DNA of 64,000 nt from Thecamonas trahens ATCC 50062 (lineage: Eukaryota > Protista > Apusomonadida). This document shows positions 20,946 through 32,100 of this stretch, piece by piece. The stretch covers positions 254,907-318,906 of the forward strand of contig NW_013657641.1 of NCBI RefSeq assembly GCF_000142905.1. The letters run 5' to 3'. The stretch's first letter is position 1; every line of letters begins with the position of its first letter. The notes below the pieces were generated by a model that was given only the letters and a program-made list of their open reading frames with translations, was not told the DNA's origin and made no database searches. A program made the position numbers and the translations under genes.

Positions 20946-21830
20946 ATGTCGCACACGCTGATGGCCGAGTTGGGGATGGATGAGACGGAACTGATGCGGA
21001 GAGAGTTGGCGGCCAAGACAGCATACTGCGCCGGACTGGAGCACAAGTTGGCGGCCGCGCTGGTGGTGTGTGAGGAGAAGGCAGGTAAGGACAAGGTCAA
21101 GTCACTGCTGGCAGCCGAGCTGAAGGACTCTGTGGCGCGCATGGCCGCCTTTGAAGAGGCTCTCGAGGGCATGAGGGCAGAGTACGAGGCGCTGTATGTG
21201 GCCAAGGGCGCCGAGGCCGCCCGGAGGATGCTGGCCGAGGCGCGCGTGGCCGAGCTGGAGGCCCAGCTGGCGGCACTCCGGCTGACGTTGTCGCCTGATC
21301 CGCTGCGAACCATGCGTGCCACTGGTCCGGAGACGCTCTCCGACTCGGACGGAGTGACGCCGACCTCGCCGTCGTTCCCGCGCCCGTCGGAAGCGCCTGT
21401 GGCTAGTCCTGACCCGCCGCCGCGCGCGAATGCGCAGCCAGAGCCGGACTCTGTCCTGCTCTCAGACTCGATTACCATCTCGGACGTCACCCTGTCATCG
21501 TCGGACGATGCCGAGCTGGTGGCAATCGCCCAGCAGAGAGCCGAGTCCCTGACGCCGTCAATCTCGCTCTCAGTCTCGCTCTCGTCAGAGTCGGATGCTG
21601 AGCCTGGGCCGGTGCAAGTGCCAGAGCCGCGCCCGAGCAAGTCACAGCGTCGTCAGCGGCGCAAGCGTCCGCTGCCTGTAGCCCCGGTTGCGGCATCTGC
21701 TCCGGCTGTGGAGAGCCAGGAGCGCCCGGCGCCATCGCGCAGACGACGCAAGAAGAAGCGAGCATCCGAGGCCGAGGTGCCCGCTAAGCAGCGAGACCGC
21801 CGGCGGAAGAAGAAGCGAACGCGATCGTAG
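20946..21830 (+). CDS. Hypothetical coiled-coil protein with a basic, NLS-like C-terminus
   Basis: Heptad-rich N-terminal half, Ser/Pro/acidic middle and K/R clusters. No recognisable family. Confidence 0.6.
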   Translation: MSHTLMAELGMDETELMRRELAAKTAYCAGLEHKLAAALVVCEEKAGKDKVKSLLAAELKDSVARMAAFEEALEGMRAEYEALYVAKGAEAARRMLAEARVAELEAQLAALRLTLSPDPLRTMRATGPETLSDSDGVTPTSPSFPRPSEAPVASPDPPPRANAQPEPDSVLLSDSITISDVTLSSSDDAELVAIAQQRAESLTPSISLSVSLSSESDAEPGPVQVPEPRPSKSQRRQRRKRPLPVAPVAASAPAVESQERPAPSRRRRKKKRASEAEVPAKQRDRRRKKKRTRS

Positions 21831-21884
21831 ATGAACATGCCGCAAGAGCAGATGTAGTCTTTATGGCGGTGAGCGGCGATCCTG

Positions 21885-22271
21885 CTAGAGCAGGCCCGAG
21901 GTTCCAGGCTTGTGGCCAGCGTAGCCCGGGACTGCGTGGAGGATGTCCGGGAGGTGTGGATCGCGGGCGGCGGGCTCCTTGCCCTGCGGGCGATGACCTG
22001 TATAGCCTGGCATTGGAAGGCCCCTGTTGGCGAATGTGTAGCGGGCCTTCTCGCGAGCCCTAAAGTTGTTCTTGGTCGCCGCCCGGTTCTCCCGCAGCTT
22101 GCCCGACCCGGCGCCTTCCAGATGCTGCCGGGTGAGCAAGACCTCGTCTGCCACAGTCCGCAGCACCTCGACCGTTCTCGTCGACATGTCGATGCCGACC
22201 GTGCTCAGATCGACATCAACCCCTGCATCCCCCACCGGATCGACCTTCCAAGCTACCCCCGCCGTCGCCAC
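21885..22271 (-). CDS. Small PYG-repeat protein (FAM166/CIMIP2-like candidate ciliary microtubule inner protein); 5' exon unresolved
   Basis: Two repeats, MPGYTGHRP and VPGYAGHKP. Confidence 0.55.
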   Translation of the reverse strand: MATAGVAWKVDPVGDAGVDVDLSTVGIDMSTRTVEVLRTVADEVLLTRQHLEGAGSGKLRENRAATKNNFRAREKARYTFANRGLPMPGYTGHRPQGKEPAARDPHLPDILHAVPGYAGHKPGTSGLL

Positions 22272-22931
22272 AGCCGCCAGTCGAGTCCGTTACCCATCGC
22301 CGAGCCAGCCACCCACCACCGCCAACCACCGCCCGTCGCCGCACCCACCGAGCGCAAACCAGCCACAACCACAGTCGCCACACGTGTGAGTATGCGCACC
22401 ACATCCGCATGTGAACTTCTCTACCGTATGCTACAGCAGCGCATGTGGCCCGCAGCCTGCCGCAGCTGACTCGAGTCAGCCAACGGACTCTCACCGAGCA
22501 CCCACACACCCCAGCCACCCAGCTAACCATCACATGCGGAATATCAGCCTCAGCACCGACGCCCACTACCTCCGTACCTAGTGTGCTCATGGGTGTAAAG
22601 CTCTGGGCAATACGGCGTGATGGCAAGAGATCCTCCGAGCCCGTGGACATGGTCGTCGTTTGTTGGGTCGAGTGTGCCTCGCTGAGCCCTCGCCGTACTC
22701 GCCAAGGAGCCGGCTACCACATATCGCCCACTGCATCGACTTTATCCGATGATGTCTTGCACTCGGTCGGCATCATGGCTGTGGCTAATTGCGACCATCG
22801 TGGCCCAGCCTGTACGCTACATGGCGCGGTATCGCTACATCAGCCGTTGTCAATCGAGGTCACTAGGGAAGGAAGATTGGGGGGCGGGGGAGGGGGATCG
22901 ACAGCAGCTGCGGCATACCTTTCTCGCATCC

Positions 22932-24466
22932 ATGCAACGCCGGGGAGGTGGTCGAGGCTGGATGCCTGGCCCTGTGACGGTGGTAGTGGTGGCCGGCGTG
23001 CTCGTGCTCGCCACGCTGCTGACTCAGCTTGGCTTCGGTGAACGGCGGTCGGGGCTGGCAGGGCAACGGGCTGCTCTGCGGCCCGATGCACGCCCAACTA
23101 CCTTTCCGCCGCCCTCGCCTGGGTCGCACCCATTGCCTGGTGGCGGACGTCGTGACATCGAAGTCTTTCGCTCGTTTGCGCTCCTGCCGGGCACCGCGCC
23201 GCTCCCGATCAGCCACGTCGCGCAAGCGCAGTACGACGCGGCGGCGGCGGTGGTGGTGGACGGCACGGCGGAGCCTGTGGTGGTGGCGAGTCCGTGGCCA
23301 CCGTTTTCTTCTGATTGGGCCGAGACGGCGATGCCACTGGACGGATACCGCGGCGATTGCCTGCAAATGCGCCGGACGGTGCGCAATCCGCTGTGCCTGC
23401 GATCGGCGGCCGGCTGTGCGGCGAGTGACCGGCTGCTGGCCAGGGCCGGCGAGATCGAGATCTACTGGCACGAGCGGGCTGCAGCCGCAATCGGGAATGG
23501 GGTCGAGGTCTCGCCGTTGGTCCTAGCTCGGTGCAACGCACTCGAGCTGGCCTCGAGCTTTGTCGCCGAGGATGTGGAAGAGGCGTGCCTCGATGCAGAG
23601 CCTCTGCCAAGAGAGACGTCGCCGGCCAAGGCGGTGTGCGAGGCGGAACGGCGGCGGCTACGTGAGATCATGATGCCCGACGTGCTGTCGCACTGGCCTC
23701 GGATTTCGCCGCACGATGTGTGGCGCGTGCTCGGCAAGGAGCGGATGCTGGTGCTGGGCGGCGACTCGATCGCCAGCCAGCTCGACTCGCACCTCCGCTG
23801 TGCCATGATGGAGGAGGGTGCTGGGTCGATTAAGATCTCGCGGCCTGGGCAGGACGGCGGCGAGCAACTCGATCTCTTTGCCACCGTTGGGCCCAACGGC
23901 GCTGTCGTGGCCAAGACCATCCACTACCGGTACTCCCCGGCGCTGGTCGACGCGCTGCTCGAGATAGCAGACGTCATTGTCCTCAACGTTGGTCTCCACA
24001 TCCGGATCAATGGGCCAGAGGACGAGATGATGTATGCGAACGAACTACGGGCGCTGTTCGGCCATGTCCGCGAGTGGGCCAAGGAGGCCGGACACGTGTT
24101 TGTGGCGCAGCAGACGTCAGCGCAGCACTTTCCACCACCACCGGAACAGGTATGTTTGAAGACGCACGGCTTGTTGCTGGCGCGCCTTGCAGCTGCAGTC
24201 CCATTGTCAACGGGACGCGCAAGCAGATCCGCAACGAGATCCTCAACGCGGTCGCGCGCGAGCTCGACCCCGACTCGGCATGGCTCCACATCCTTCCGCT
24301 CTACGAGCTGACCAAAGAGTCGCACCATGCGCATCTCGGCATGATCGAGCATCGCGATCCGGCGGTTGGCACCAGCTGCGACTGCACCCACTGGTGCTAC
24401 GCGCCTGCTCTGACCGAGGCCTGGCTCGGCGCACTGTACCCGATTCTCTCTGCCGAGTTTAGCTGA
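22932..24466 (+). CDS. Type II membrane PC-esterase / TBL-like SGNH O-acyltransferase/esterase (frameshift near 24132)
   Basis: N-terminal TM helix, LGGDSIASQ (GDS), LNVGLH and QHF, then after a one-base frameshift CDCTHWCY (DxxH) in ORF 24074-24466. Confidence 0.75.
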
Positions 24467-24726
24467 GATGGCCAGAAGTCTTACACACTCGCACTTTCTT
24501 CCGAGCAGTTGGTAAATGACTGTTTGGTGCCAATCCATCAGCTGAGGGTTATCACAATGGTGGCCCTGGTCGTGAGCTGCGATGTCCTTCCAATAGAAGC
24601 CATGGAGCCTGTCGGGCTTCGGTCGACAGGCGGCGTTGGCAGGCTGAACCGGACAGCGGCAGCAGCAGTCACATCTGACTCTTGCCGTGAGCGAGAGGTA
24701 GCACGACAAACAGGAGAGAGCCGGAA

Positions 24727-25548
24727 ATGACTGCTGCATCTGCAGCTGGCTACGCCGAGCGTGTGCTGGCTGTCCTCGGCGTGGCGTACTCGCGGGTGCT
24801 CCTGGCTCGGTTCAATGGCTCGCGAGGACACGGAAGCGATGATGCGGAGTCGGACGTGGATGTGTACATTGTGTACGCACCTTCGACAGAGGAAGTGCTT
24901 GTGGCTGGGCTGGAGGCATCAGTGGCGCCGCCGGATACGCTGACGACGTCGATCGAGGCTGGCGCCGGGCCAGGCATCGAGAAGACCACCGATGTGGCTC
25001 TGTACGAGGTTGGCAAGTTCCTCGCGCTCCTTCGAGCTGGCTCGCCGTTGGCGGTAGAGACGGTCTTTGCGCCGAGCGAGGACGTATATGTGGATCCACT
25101 TCTGGCGCCGGTGCTGGAGATGCGGGATGAGGTACTGACGCGAAAGGCGTTCCGCTCGCTGCTCGGGCACACCTCGTCCGAGTTCAAGCAGATTGAGCTG
25201 GCCGAGGCGCGCGGCGTAGGGTGGAGCAAGCTGCTGTACCATGCGCAGCGGCTGATGCTCGAGGTCGAGGCAGTGTACAGCGGGGGGCGACCGCAGGTCA
25301 AGTTTAGCGGAGAGACGCTGGCGGCGCTGATGGCGACCAAGCAAGGTAAGCTCGGCGGCGCCGGCGAGGCGGCGCTCCTGGAGAAGCTGCGGTCGCGCCA
25401 TCAGCAGCTGCAGCGCGACGACCCTACGCCGGCGCATCTGCCTCAGGCGCTGCCTGTCAAGTACGCGCCATTCAACGAGCTGCTGCTAGCAATTCGTGAG
25501 GCGCTGTGGGTTGTGCCGCCGCCGGCAGCTACGAGAGCGAGCGAATGA
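24727..25548 (+). CDS. Pol-beta-superfamily nucleotidyltransferase, PF10127/COG3541 (RlaP-like)
   Basis: GSRGHGSDDAESDVDV (GS...DxD), D..LYEVGKFL.LL..GSP...E.VF and KLLYHAQRL, all typical of this family. Confidence 0.8.
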   Translation: MTAASAAGYAERVLAVLGVAYSRVLLARFNGSRGHGSDDAESDVDVYIVYAPSTEEVLVAGLEASVAPPDTLTTSIEAGAGPGIEKTTDVALYEVGKFLALLRAGSPLAVETVFAPSEDVYVDPLLAPVLEMRDEVLTRKAFRSLLGHTSSEFKQIELAEARGVGWSKLLYHAQRLMLEVEAVYSGGRPQVKFSGETLAALMATKQGKLGGAGEAALLEKLRSRHQQLQRDDPTPAHLPQALPVKYAPFNELLLAIREALWVVPPPAATRASE

Positions 25549-26641
25549 CGTTGAGTGGCGAGGTCCGGGTCGACATGTCGCCCATGATGGAGCGTAGGGC
25601 GGCGACCCAGCGGTCGCGGTCAGCTTTGTCGGCGGCCTCGAGAAGGTACTGCTTGTGGACAGCAATGAGGATAAGCTGGGTCGGCTTCTTCCCCTCGCGG
25701 ACGCCGAGCATGGACGTAGTGAGGACCGAGCCGACTTGCGGCTTGCCGACGGCCGGGCGGTAGACAAGGACTTTTGAGGTGAGGGTAAAGTACCGCTTCT
25801 TCCAGCGCTTGAACGGACCGCCACGCTTGCGTAGCATGCCTTCGCACATGACGATCTTGTTGACGTCGCTGCCGGGCTTAGACCCGCTGCTCAGCGCGGC
25901 GGATTGGAAAGCCTTGAGGCGGGCGGTGTCGCCAGCGCAGAATGACGAGCGGCGGCGGTCGCGGGTGGTCGGAGGGGCAGCCGGCGCGTGCGAGCCGTGG
26001 TACTCGTGCTGCGACGGAGGCGGGAGGCAGGTCGCCCGCCCGCCCGGGGCCAACGTCGACGCCCGCTGTGAAAACGAGAGCCGCTGCGACGAGCGCGACG
26101 AGCCAGCGCCGCCGCTGGAGACGAGGCCGATGGTGCTGCCGGCACCGCCAGGGCCAGGCCCAGCCTGGGTGGAAGCCCCCTCGTTGGACGAGTCGCTCTC
26201 GGCACCGGCGACGGCAGGTGCGGTCGGGAGGCGGGTGCCTGGCGGGAGCGAGAGGACCGACATGACGGGTGAGGATGCGGCCGACGACGGCTCTTGTGCG
26301 GCGTGAAACTGCGAGGAGTCCGGCCGGAGCGAGTCCGTGTCGTCAGAGTCGGTCTCGGACTCGGACCGCCTGCCCATCCAGTTACGATCGTGAAGGAGAG
26401 CCGCAATGGCGGCGTCGCGGTCCGAAACTTCGAGCGACGACGACCGGCGCATGCGTGTGGTGACATAGACCGGCGAGCTGGGAAGGTACAGATTGGCCGC
26501 CATGAGGCCACCACCAGAAACATAGCCATTGACACCAAGGAGTGAGCCAGAGGTATCGTCTGGAGTCCCAACCAGTGGCGTAGCTGGCCACTCTACGGCC
26601 GAGAGCACGTCTGTTTCCGACGACATGGAAGCGCCCTGCAT
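25529..26641 (-). CDS. Ser-rich protein with a C-terminal PH domain
   Basis: CEGMLRKRGGPFKRWKKRYFTL...YLLEAADKADRDRWVAAL. Confidence 0.85.
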   Translation of the reverse strand: MQGASMSSETDVLSAVEWPATPLVGTPDDTSGSLLGVNGYVSGGGLMAANLYLPSSPVYVTTRMRRSSSLEVSDRDAAIAALLHDRNWMGRRSESETDSDDTDSLRPDSSQFHAAQEPSSAASSPVMSVLSLPPGTRLPTAPAVAGAESDSSNEGASTQAGPGPGGAGSTIGLVSSGGAGSSRSSQRLSFSQRASTLAPGGRATCLPPPSQHEYHGSHAPAAPPTTRDRRRSSFCAGDTARLKAFQSAALSSGSKPGSDVNKIVMCEGMLRKRGGPFKRWKKRYFTLTSKVLVYRPAVGKPQVGSVLTTSMLGVREGKKPTQLILIAVHKQYLLEAADKADRDRWVAALRSIMGDMSTRTSPLNVIRSLS

Positions 26642-27559
26642 GACGGAGAGTCGAACTGCAGAGCTGACGCCTTCCACAGGCTCCAGAGCTTGTCTTGCCA
26701 CAGTCACCAGGCCTCTATCTGCCACAAAGCCCAAAGCAACCGACTACGCTTAGCCCTTTGCCCCTATGAGGAGGGTGAGCAGAGGTGCAGCAGGTAGTAC
26801 CGCTCGTGGAAGGTACGCGGGAAGGTGGGGGGGGGGGGGGCGGAGCGAGAGAGATGTTGGTGAGCGGTTAAAGCCTTTTTCCTTGTCCTTTTTGGGCCAA
26901 ATGCTGTTTCGCTGCCCACGTGCACGCGTGCAGGGATTTGCGGCTTAGCTTGGAGCTTGCGTGGAGGGGGAGGTGGGGAGAGGTGGGGGGGATGGGGAGG
27001 ATAGGAGGCGGGGGGAATGGAGGGGGAGGGGGGCTGGGAGGGGAGGGGAGGACAAGGGTGATGCCGTGATGCGGGGGGAGAGAGCCAGAGATGTGTGCCG
27101 AGATGGTGAGGTGGAGGAGAGGCGGAGGAGCTGGAGAGCTCTCGCTAATGGCACGTGCTGTCGCTGGCTGCAGTACAGTGGCGGGGGGAGGGGAGGGGGG
27201 GGAGAGATGGTACGTCTCTTCCTGCTCTACCTTGCATCAGCCTTGCATCCGCGGATGCGAGTCGTCGTTGTGCGAGCAGGTCATGGGAGGGAGAGGCGCG
27301 AAAAGGCACAATGGATCGCGACCGTGAGGGGTTGGCCAAGATGTGGCATGCTGGGATCTTGTCACTGGCGGTGTAGAGGGAGCTAGACGGAGAAGGGAGG
27401 GGGGGAGAGATGGGAGGGACGGGGAGGGAGGGCGGGCGAGTGCGACTCGATCGACAGCGACAGCTCGGCAACAGCGACAGCCAATGCCACAAGGTGACGG
27501 GCAGTGAGGGGGAGCGTGGTTGTGGCAACACACGTCGTGGTTGCCTCTCCTCCCCAACC

Positions 27560-29049
27560 ATGTCGTCGTATGCAGACTGCCACTTCTTTGTGACGAGCAA
27601 GTGCACAAAGGTATGAGTGAGTGTGTGCTGGTGTGTGCGGGGGGGGGGGGGGAGGGGGAGGGCTGAGGCAGGGCGAGGTGGGCCAAGGAACAGGGACAAG
27701 GTCGCAAACTGACGGAAGGAGTTGGAGGGCGGTAACAGCAACCATGCCGGTTCAGGCACTGTGCTGCGGCGAGAAAGACTACGACAGTGTGCAGAGACTG
27801 GAAGGAAGACCAGTCGTGTACCAACATGCGGTGCCGGTTCCGGCATCCGTCGCGACCGATGGCGCCGTCGTCATCGAGGTACAGCTCGAGCTACCAGGCT
27901 TCGTCGGAGCGACCTGCTGGTATGGAGATGGGCGGAGGTGAAGGGGATCCTGGGGAGACGCCGTGTGTGTACGAGATGCAGGACTCGGGATGCATGCGCG
28001 GTGTGCTCTGCCCGTTTGTGCACGGGGCGGCGGCCCGGGCACTGAGGGCGCAGCAGAAGCGGACGCAGCCTGGGTACGCGCCACGGACCGGGGGTGGCGG
28101 GAGCGGCAGGAGCAGCGTGGCGGTGTGCATGTATGAGAACTCGCCGGGCGGGTGCCGCAACGGCGATGCGTGCACGTTCAGGCATGTGGGTCGGAAGCCG
28201 GCGGCTGCGCCGGCGCCGATGGAGGAGGCACGGCCGCGGATGAATGGGACCGACGCGCGCGAGCTGCTCAAGCGCAAACGGCCGTCGCTTGCGGCGCGAC
28301 TCGGCCCGTTGCCGACGGCTCCGACGTCGTCAGGCGATGACGGGAGCGCAGCTGACGATGACGCGCCGCCGGCCAAGAAAACCAAGCCGCTGTCGGGCTC
28401 GAGCTCGGTCATGTCGCGGCTGGGGCCCCGGCTTGGCACTGCGCCCGCACCGGCCGGCGGAGCCAATGCTTCGACCGCCGCCGCGCCCAAGACAAAGGCC
28501 GCTGAGGCCGCCAAGGCCGGGTCAGCGGCCGGTAACGATGCCGACGCCGCAAAGGCTGCGGCTAAGGCCAGGTCGCAGGCCGCAGCTGCTGTCAAGGCCA
28601 AGGCTGATGCGATTGCCCGCGCCAAGGCTGTTGCAGCAGCCAAGGCCAAGGCTGCCGCCCGTGCCGAGGCCAAGGAGGAAGCCAAGACTACTGCCGCTGC
28701 TGCCGCCAAGGCGGAGGCGGAGGCGGCCGCCAAGGCCAAAGCGGAGGCGGAGGCGGCCGCCAAGGCCAAAGCGGAGGCGGAGGCAGCCGCCAAGGCCAAA
28801 GCGGAGGCGGAGGCAGCCGCCAAGGCCAAAGCGGAGGCGGAGGCAGCCGCCAAGGCCAAAGCGGAGGCGGAGGCGGCCGCCAAGGCCAAAGCGGAGGCGG
28901 AGGCAGCCGCCAAGGCGAAGGCCAAGGCAGACGTGGCCGCCAAGGCCAAGGCAGACGCGGCCGCCAAGGCCGGGGCTGATGCTGAGCCTGTGGACGATGT
29001 GCTCGCCATGCTCGATCAGGCGCTCAACGACTCGGACGACGACCTGTGA
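27560..29049 (+). CDS. CCCH zinc-finger protein (ZC3H11A-like N-terminus) with Ala/Lys/Glu repeat tail; intron 27611-27738
   Basis: MSSYADCHFFVTSKCTK|QPCRFRHCAAARKTTTVCRDWKEDQSCTNMRCRFRH, followed by two more CCCH fingers. The GT..AG intron is in frame. Confidence 0.8.
28702..28930 (+). repeat. Coding 30-bp tandem repeat (about 7 units of AAKAKAEAEA)
   Basis: Near-identical units gccgccaaggccaaagcggaggcggaggc(g/a), with no spacers. Confidence 0.95.
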
Positions 29050-29194
29050 CCGCCGGCCGAGGTCCAAAGCCAATTGAACGATTGCTACTATTCCCATCCA
29101 ACCCGACCGACCAACCTTGTCGACTGCGGCCGATCCCGATCGTGATCTCGAGGCGGTGGCAAGGTCACACTGCACTCTCTGAGCCGGTAGACTT

Positions 29195-32100
29195 ATGTCG
29201 TCGACGTCGTCGCCGGCACCGCTGTCGCCGACTACAGAGGGCGAGAGCTCGTCGCGGAAGCGGCGTGCGTCGGGAGCAGAGCTGGAGGACTACGCGGCGT
29301 CGCTGTCGCCAGAGGAGGCGGTGGCCGCGGCCGCCCTCCCTGGTTTTTCGCCGTCGTCGCTCAAGAAGGCGCGGCCTGCGCGCGGCGTGCAAGGCTCCAT
29401 CCACCACATGGAGCTGACCAACTTCAAGTCGTACAAGGGCACGCAGATTGTGGGGCCTTTCAAGAACTTCCAGGCCGTCGTCGGCCCAAACGGTGCAGGT
29501 ACGTGTCCGTCGGCTGCCGGCCGACCACCAGAAGAAGGCCGTGCGGCCAAAAAAGGTCGCAGAACGGGGCCCGTTGCCGGTGCCCTTGCAGCTTTTGAGG
29601 GGGCAGAGCTCCTGCTCGCGGCACGTTTGATGCCACCTCTATGACCCGCATGGTGGTGGGGGGATGTGGGGTGAGCGGGGTGAGCGGAGGGATGCTTCGG
29701 GAGGGTTCAGGTGGGTAGGGGGTGGGGGTGGGAGGCGGCGGGTGCCGGTTGATGGCTGGTAGATTCATGACGACTCACATTTGGGCGACTGGCCTTGCGG
29801 CGAGGTGCAGGCAAGTCGAACCTTATGGATGCGATTTCGTTTGTGCTTGGGGTGCGTACGCAGCAGCTGCGGTCAGCGCAGCTCCGGGATCTCATTCACC
29901 GGCCTGAAGGCGCATCTGAGCCGACGCATGGGGCGAGCGTGGCACTGGTGTTTGAGCCTGTGGGCGGCGAGACGCTCCGGTTCGAGCGGGTCATTTCTGC
30001 ACGCGGCTCGTCGTCGTACAAGCTCAACGGCAAGACTGTGCCGTGGGCCAAGTACAACAAGACGCTTGAGGGACTGGGCATTCTTGTGGAGGCGCGCAAC
30101 TTTCTTGTGTTCCAGGGCGACGTGGAGGCGATTGCGTCCAAGACGCCGATGGAGCTCTCGCTGCTGATGGAGCACGTCTCGGGCTCGATCGAGTTCAAGG
30201 ATGAGTACGAGGCGCTGAAGCGGAGCAAAGAGAAGGCGGAGGAGAACACCATCTACAACTTTACCGCAAGAAGACGCTCAAGGCCGAGAAGAAGCAGTAC
30301 AAGCAGCAGAAGGACGAGGCCGAGGCGTGGCTGGCGCTGACGCAGGAGCGCAAGGCGATCAGCCAGGAGCAGGCGCTCTTTCAGCTCTTCCACATTGCCA
30401 ACGAGCTTGAGCTGCTCTCGGTGACACTCGCGGCGCAAAAGGAGGAACAGGCATCGGTTGGCTCGCGGAAGGAGCACATGGCGAGCACGGTGGCTCAGCA
30501 GAAGAAGGAGCTGGCCAAGGCGCACCGGGTGGTGCTCTCGCTACAGAAGAAGATGCTTGGCATCCAGAGCTCCAAGTCCAAGGCCAAGCCGGGCCTCATC
30601 AAGGCCAAGACGCAGATCGAGCACGTGACGCGCAAGCTGGCTGAGAAGCGCGACGCGCTGACACGCAAGGAAGGCGAGGCCGAAAAGCAGGCGACTGAGC
30701 TCGCGTCGCTCAATGCCATGCTTGCCGAGGTCGACGCTCTGGCGAGCGCGTTTGAGGCCTCGCTGCCCGAGGCGCTGCGGGTGGCCGGGGCGGGGCTCGG
30801 CGGAGAGGCCGCCGAGGTCGAGGCCACCGACGAGCTCTCGTCGTCGCTCCTCAACGCGTCGTCGCGGCTCGACGAGGTGCTGACGCGGGAGCAGCTGACC
30901 GAGTACCACGACCTCAAGGCGGCTGCGGCTGCCGAGACCGGAACGCTGACGCAGGAGCTCGCGTCTGCGCGGCGCAAGGTTGACGACGAACGATCGCGGC
31001 TTGTGGTGAACCAGAACAAGGCCGACGAGATCCGTGCCCGGATCTCACTCCTCCGCGAGCAGATGGGCACGCTCGAAGCTCGGCTGAGCCAGGGCGAGGC
31101 GTACGTGGCCAAGACGAGCGCAGAGCGCGAGCGCAAGGCGAGCGCGCACGCGACAATGGCGTCGCGGGTGGCCAACACGGCGGTGCGGATGGAGGAGGTG
31201 ACTGCGCTGCTGCAGGAGACGCAAGCTGAGCTGCAGGAGGTGACTGCGGCGCAGCGCAAGTCGAGCCACGAGGCCAAGCTCGCCGAGGCGCTGGCGGCGA
31301 TGAAGCGGCTGTTCCCGGGTGTGCACGGCAAGGTGGTGCACCTCTGCGCGACGCAGCCCAAGTACCAGCTTGCGCTGACGGTGGCCATGGGCCGGTACGT
31401 CGACGCCGTGGTTGTGGACACGCAGGCGACGGCCATCGAGTGCATCGAGTACATGCGCGAGAACCGGATCGGGACGGCGACCTTCCTTCCACTCAACTCG
31501 CTCAAGGTCAAGGCCATCGACGAGCGGTTCCGGTCGCTGGGTGGGACGGCGACGCTCGCGGTCGACGTCATCGAGTACGACGAGACCTTTGCGCCGGCCT
31601 TTGAGTTTATTCTGGGCAACACGGTGCTGTGCCAAGGCCTGTCCGAGGCGCGGACGCTGGCGTTTGCGACGCGCGGTGTGCTGACGGGCGTGCGCAAAAA
31701 GGTGGTGACGTGGGATGGGACCAAGATCACCAAGTCGGGCCTCATCACCGGCGGCTCTGCCGGCGACGAGGCGTCGACGGCGGCACTGTGGACCGAGAAG
31801 CGGGTCGAGCACTGCATGAAGAAGCGGACCGAGTACGAGAAGGAGCTGGCGGCGCTGGCGCAGGAGCGGCGGCTCAAGACGCAGGCCGAGCGACTGCTCG
31901 AGGGTCTCAACGCTATCGACGCGCGGCTGAGCTCGGCAAAGGCGGATGTGGCCAAGACCAGCGACTCGCTTGCCGACGCGCAAACCGAGGCAACGGCGCT
32001 CGAGGCCAAGCTCGAAGGTCTCACCCCAGCCATCGAAGCGCTGGCTGCCGCCGTGGCCAGCGGCGAGGCCCGGGTCGCCGAGCTCGAGGCGCAGATCGCG

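Noticed and set aside
24150-24198. GTATGT...CAG as an intron explaining the PC-esterase frame change
   Set aside because: Neither nearby AG (24192 or 24198) restores the frame, whereas a single missing base near 24132 does.
28702-28930. 30-bp direct repeats as a CRISPR array
   Set aside because: There are no spacers, the repeats are in frame within a CDS, the context is eukaryotic, and there are no cas genes.
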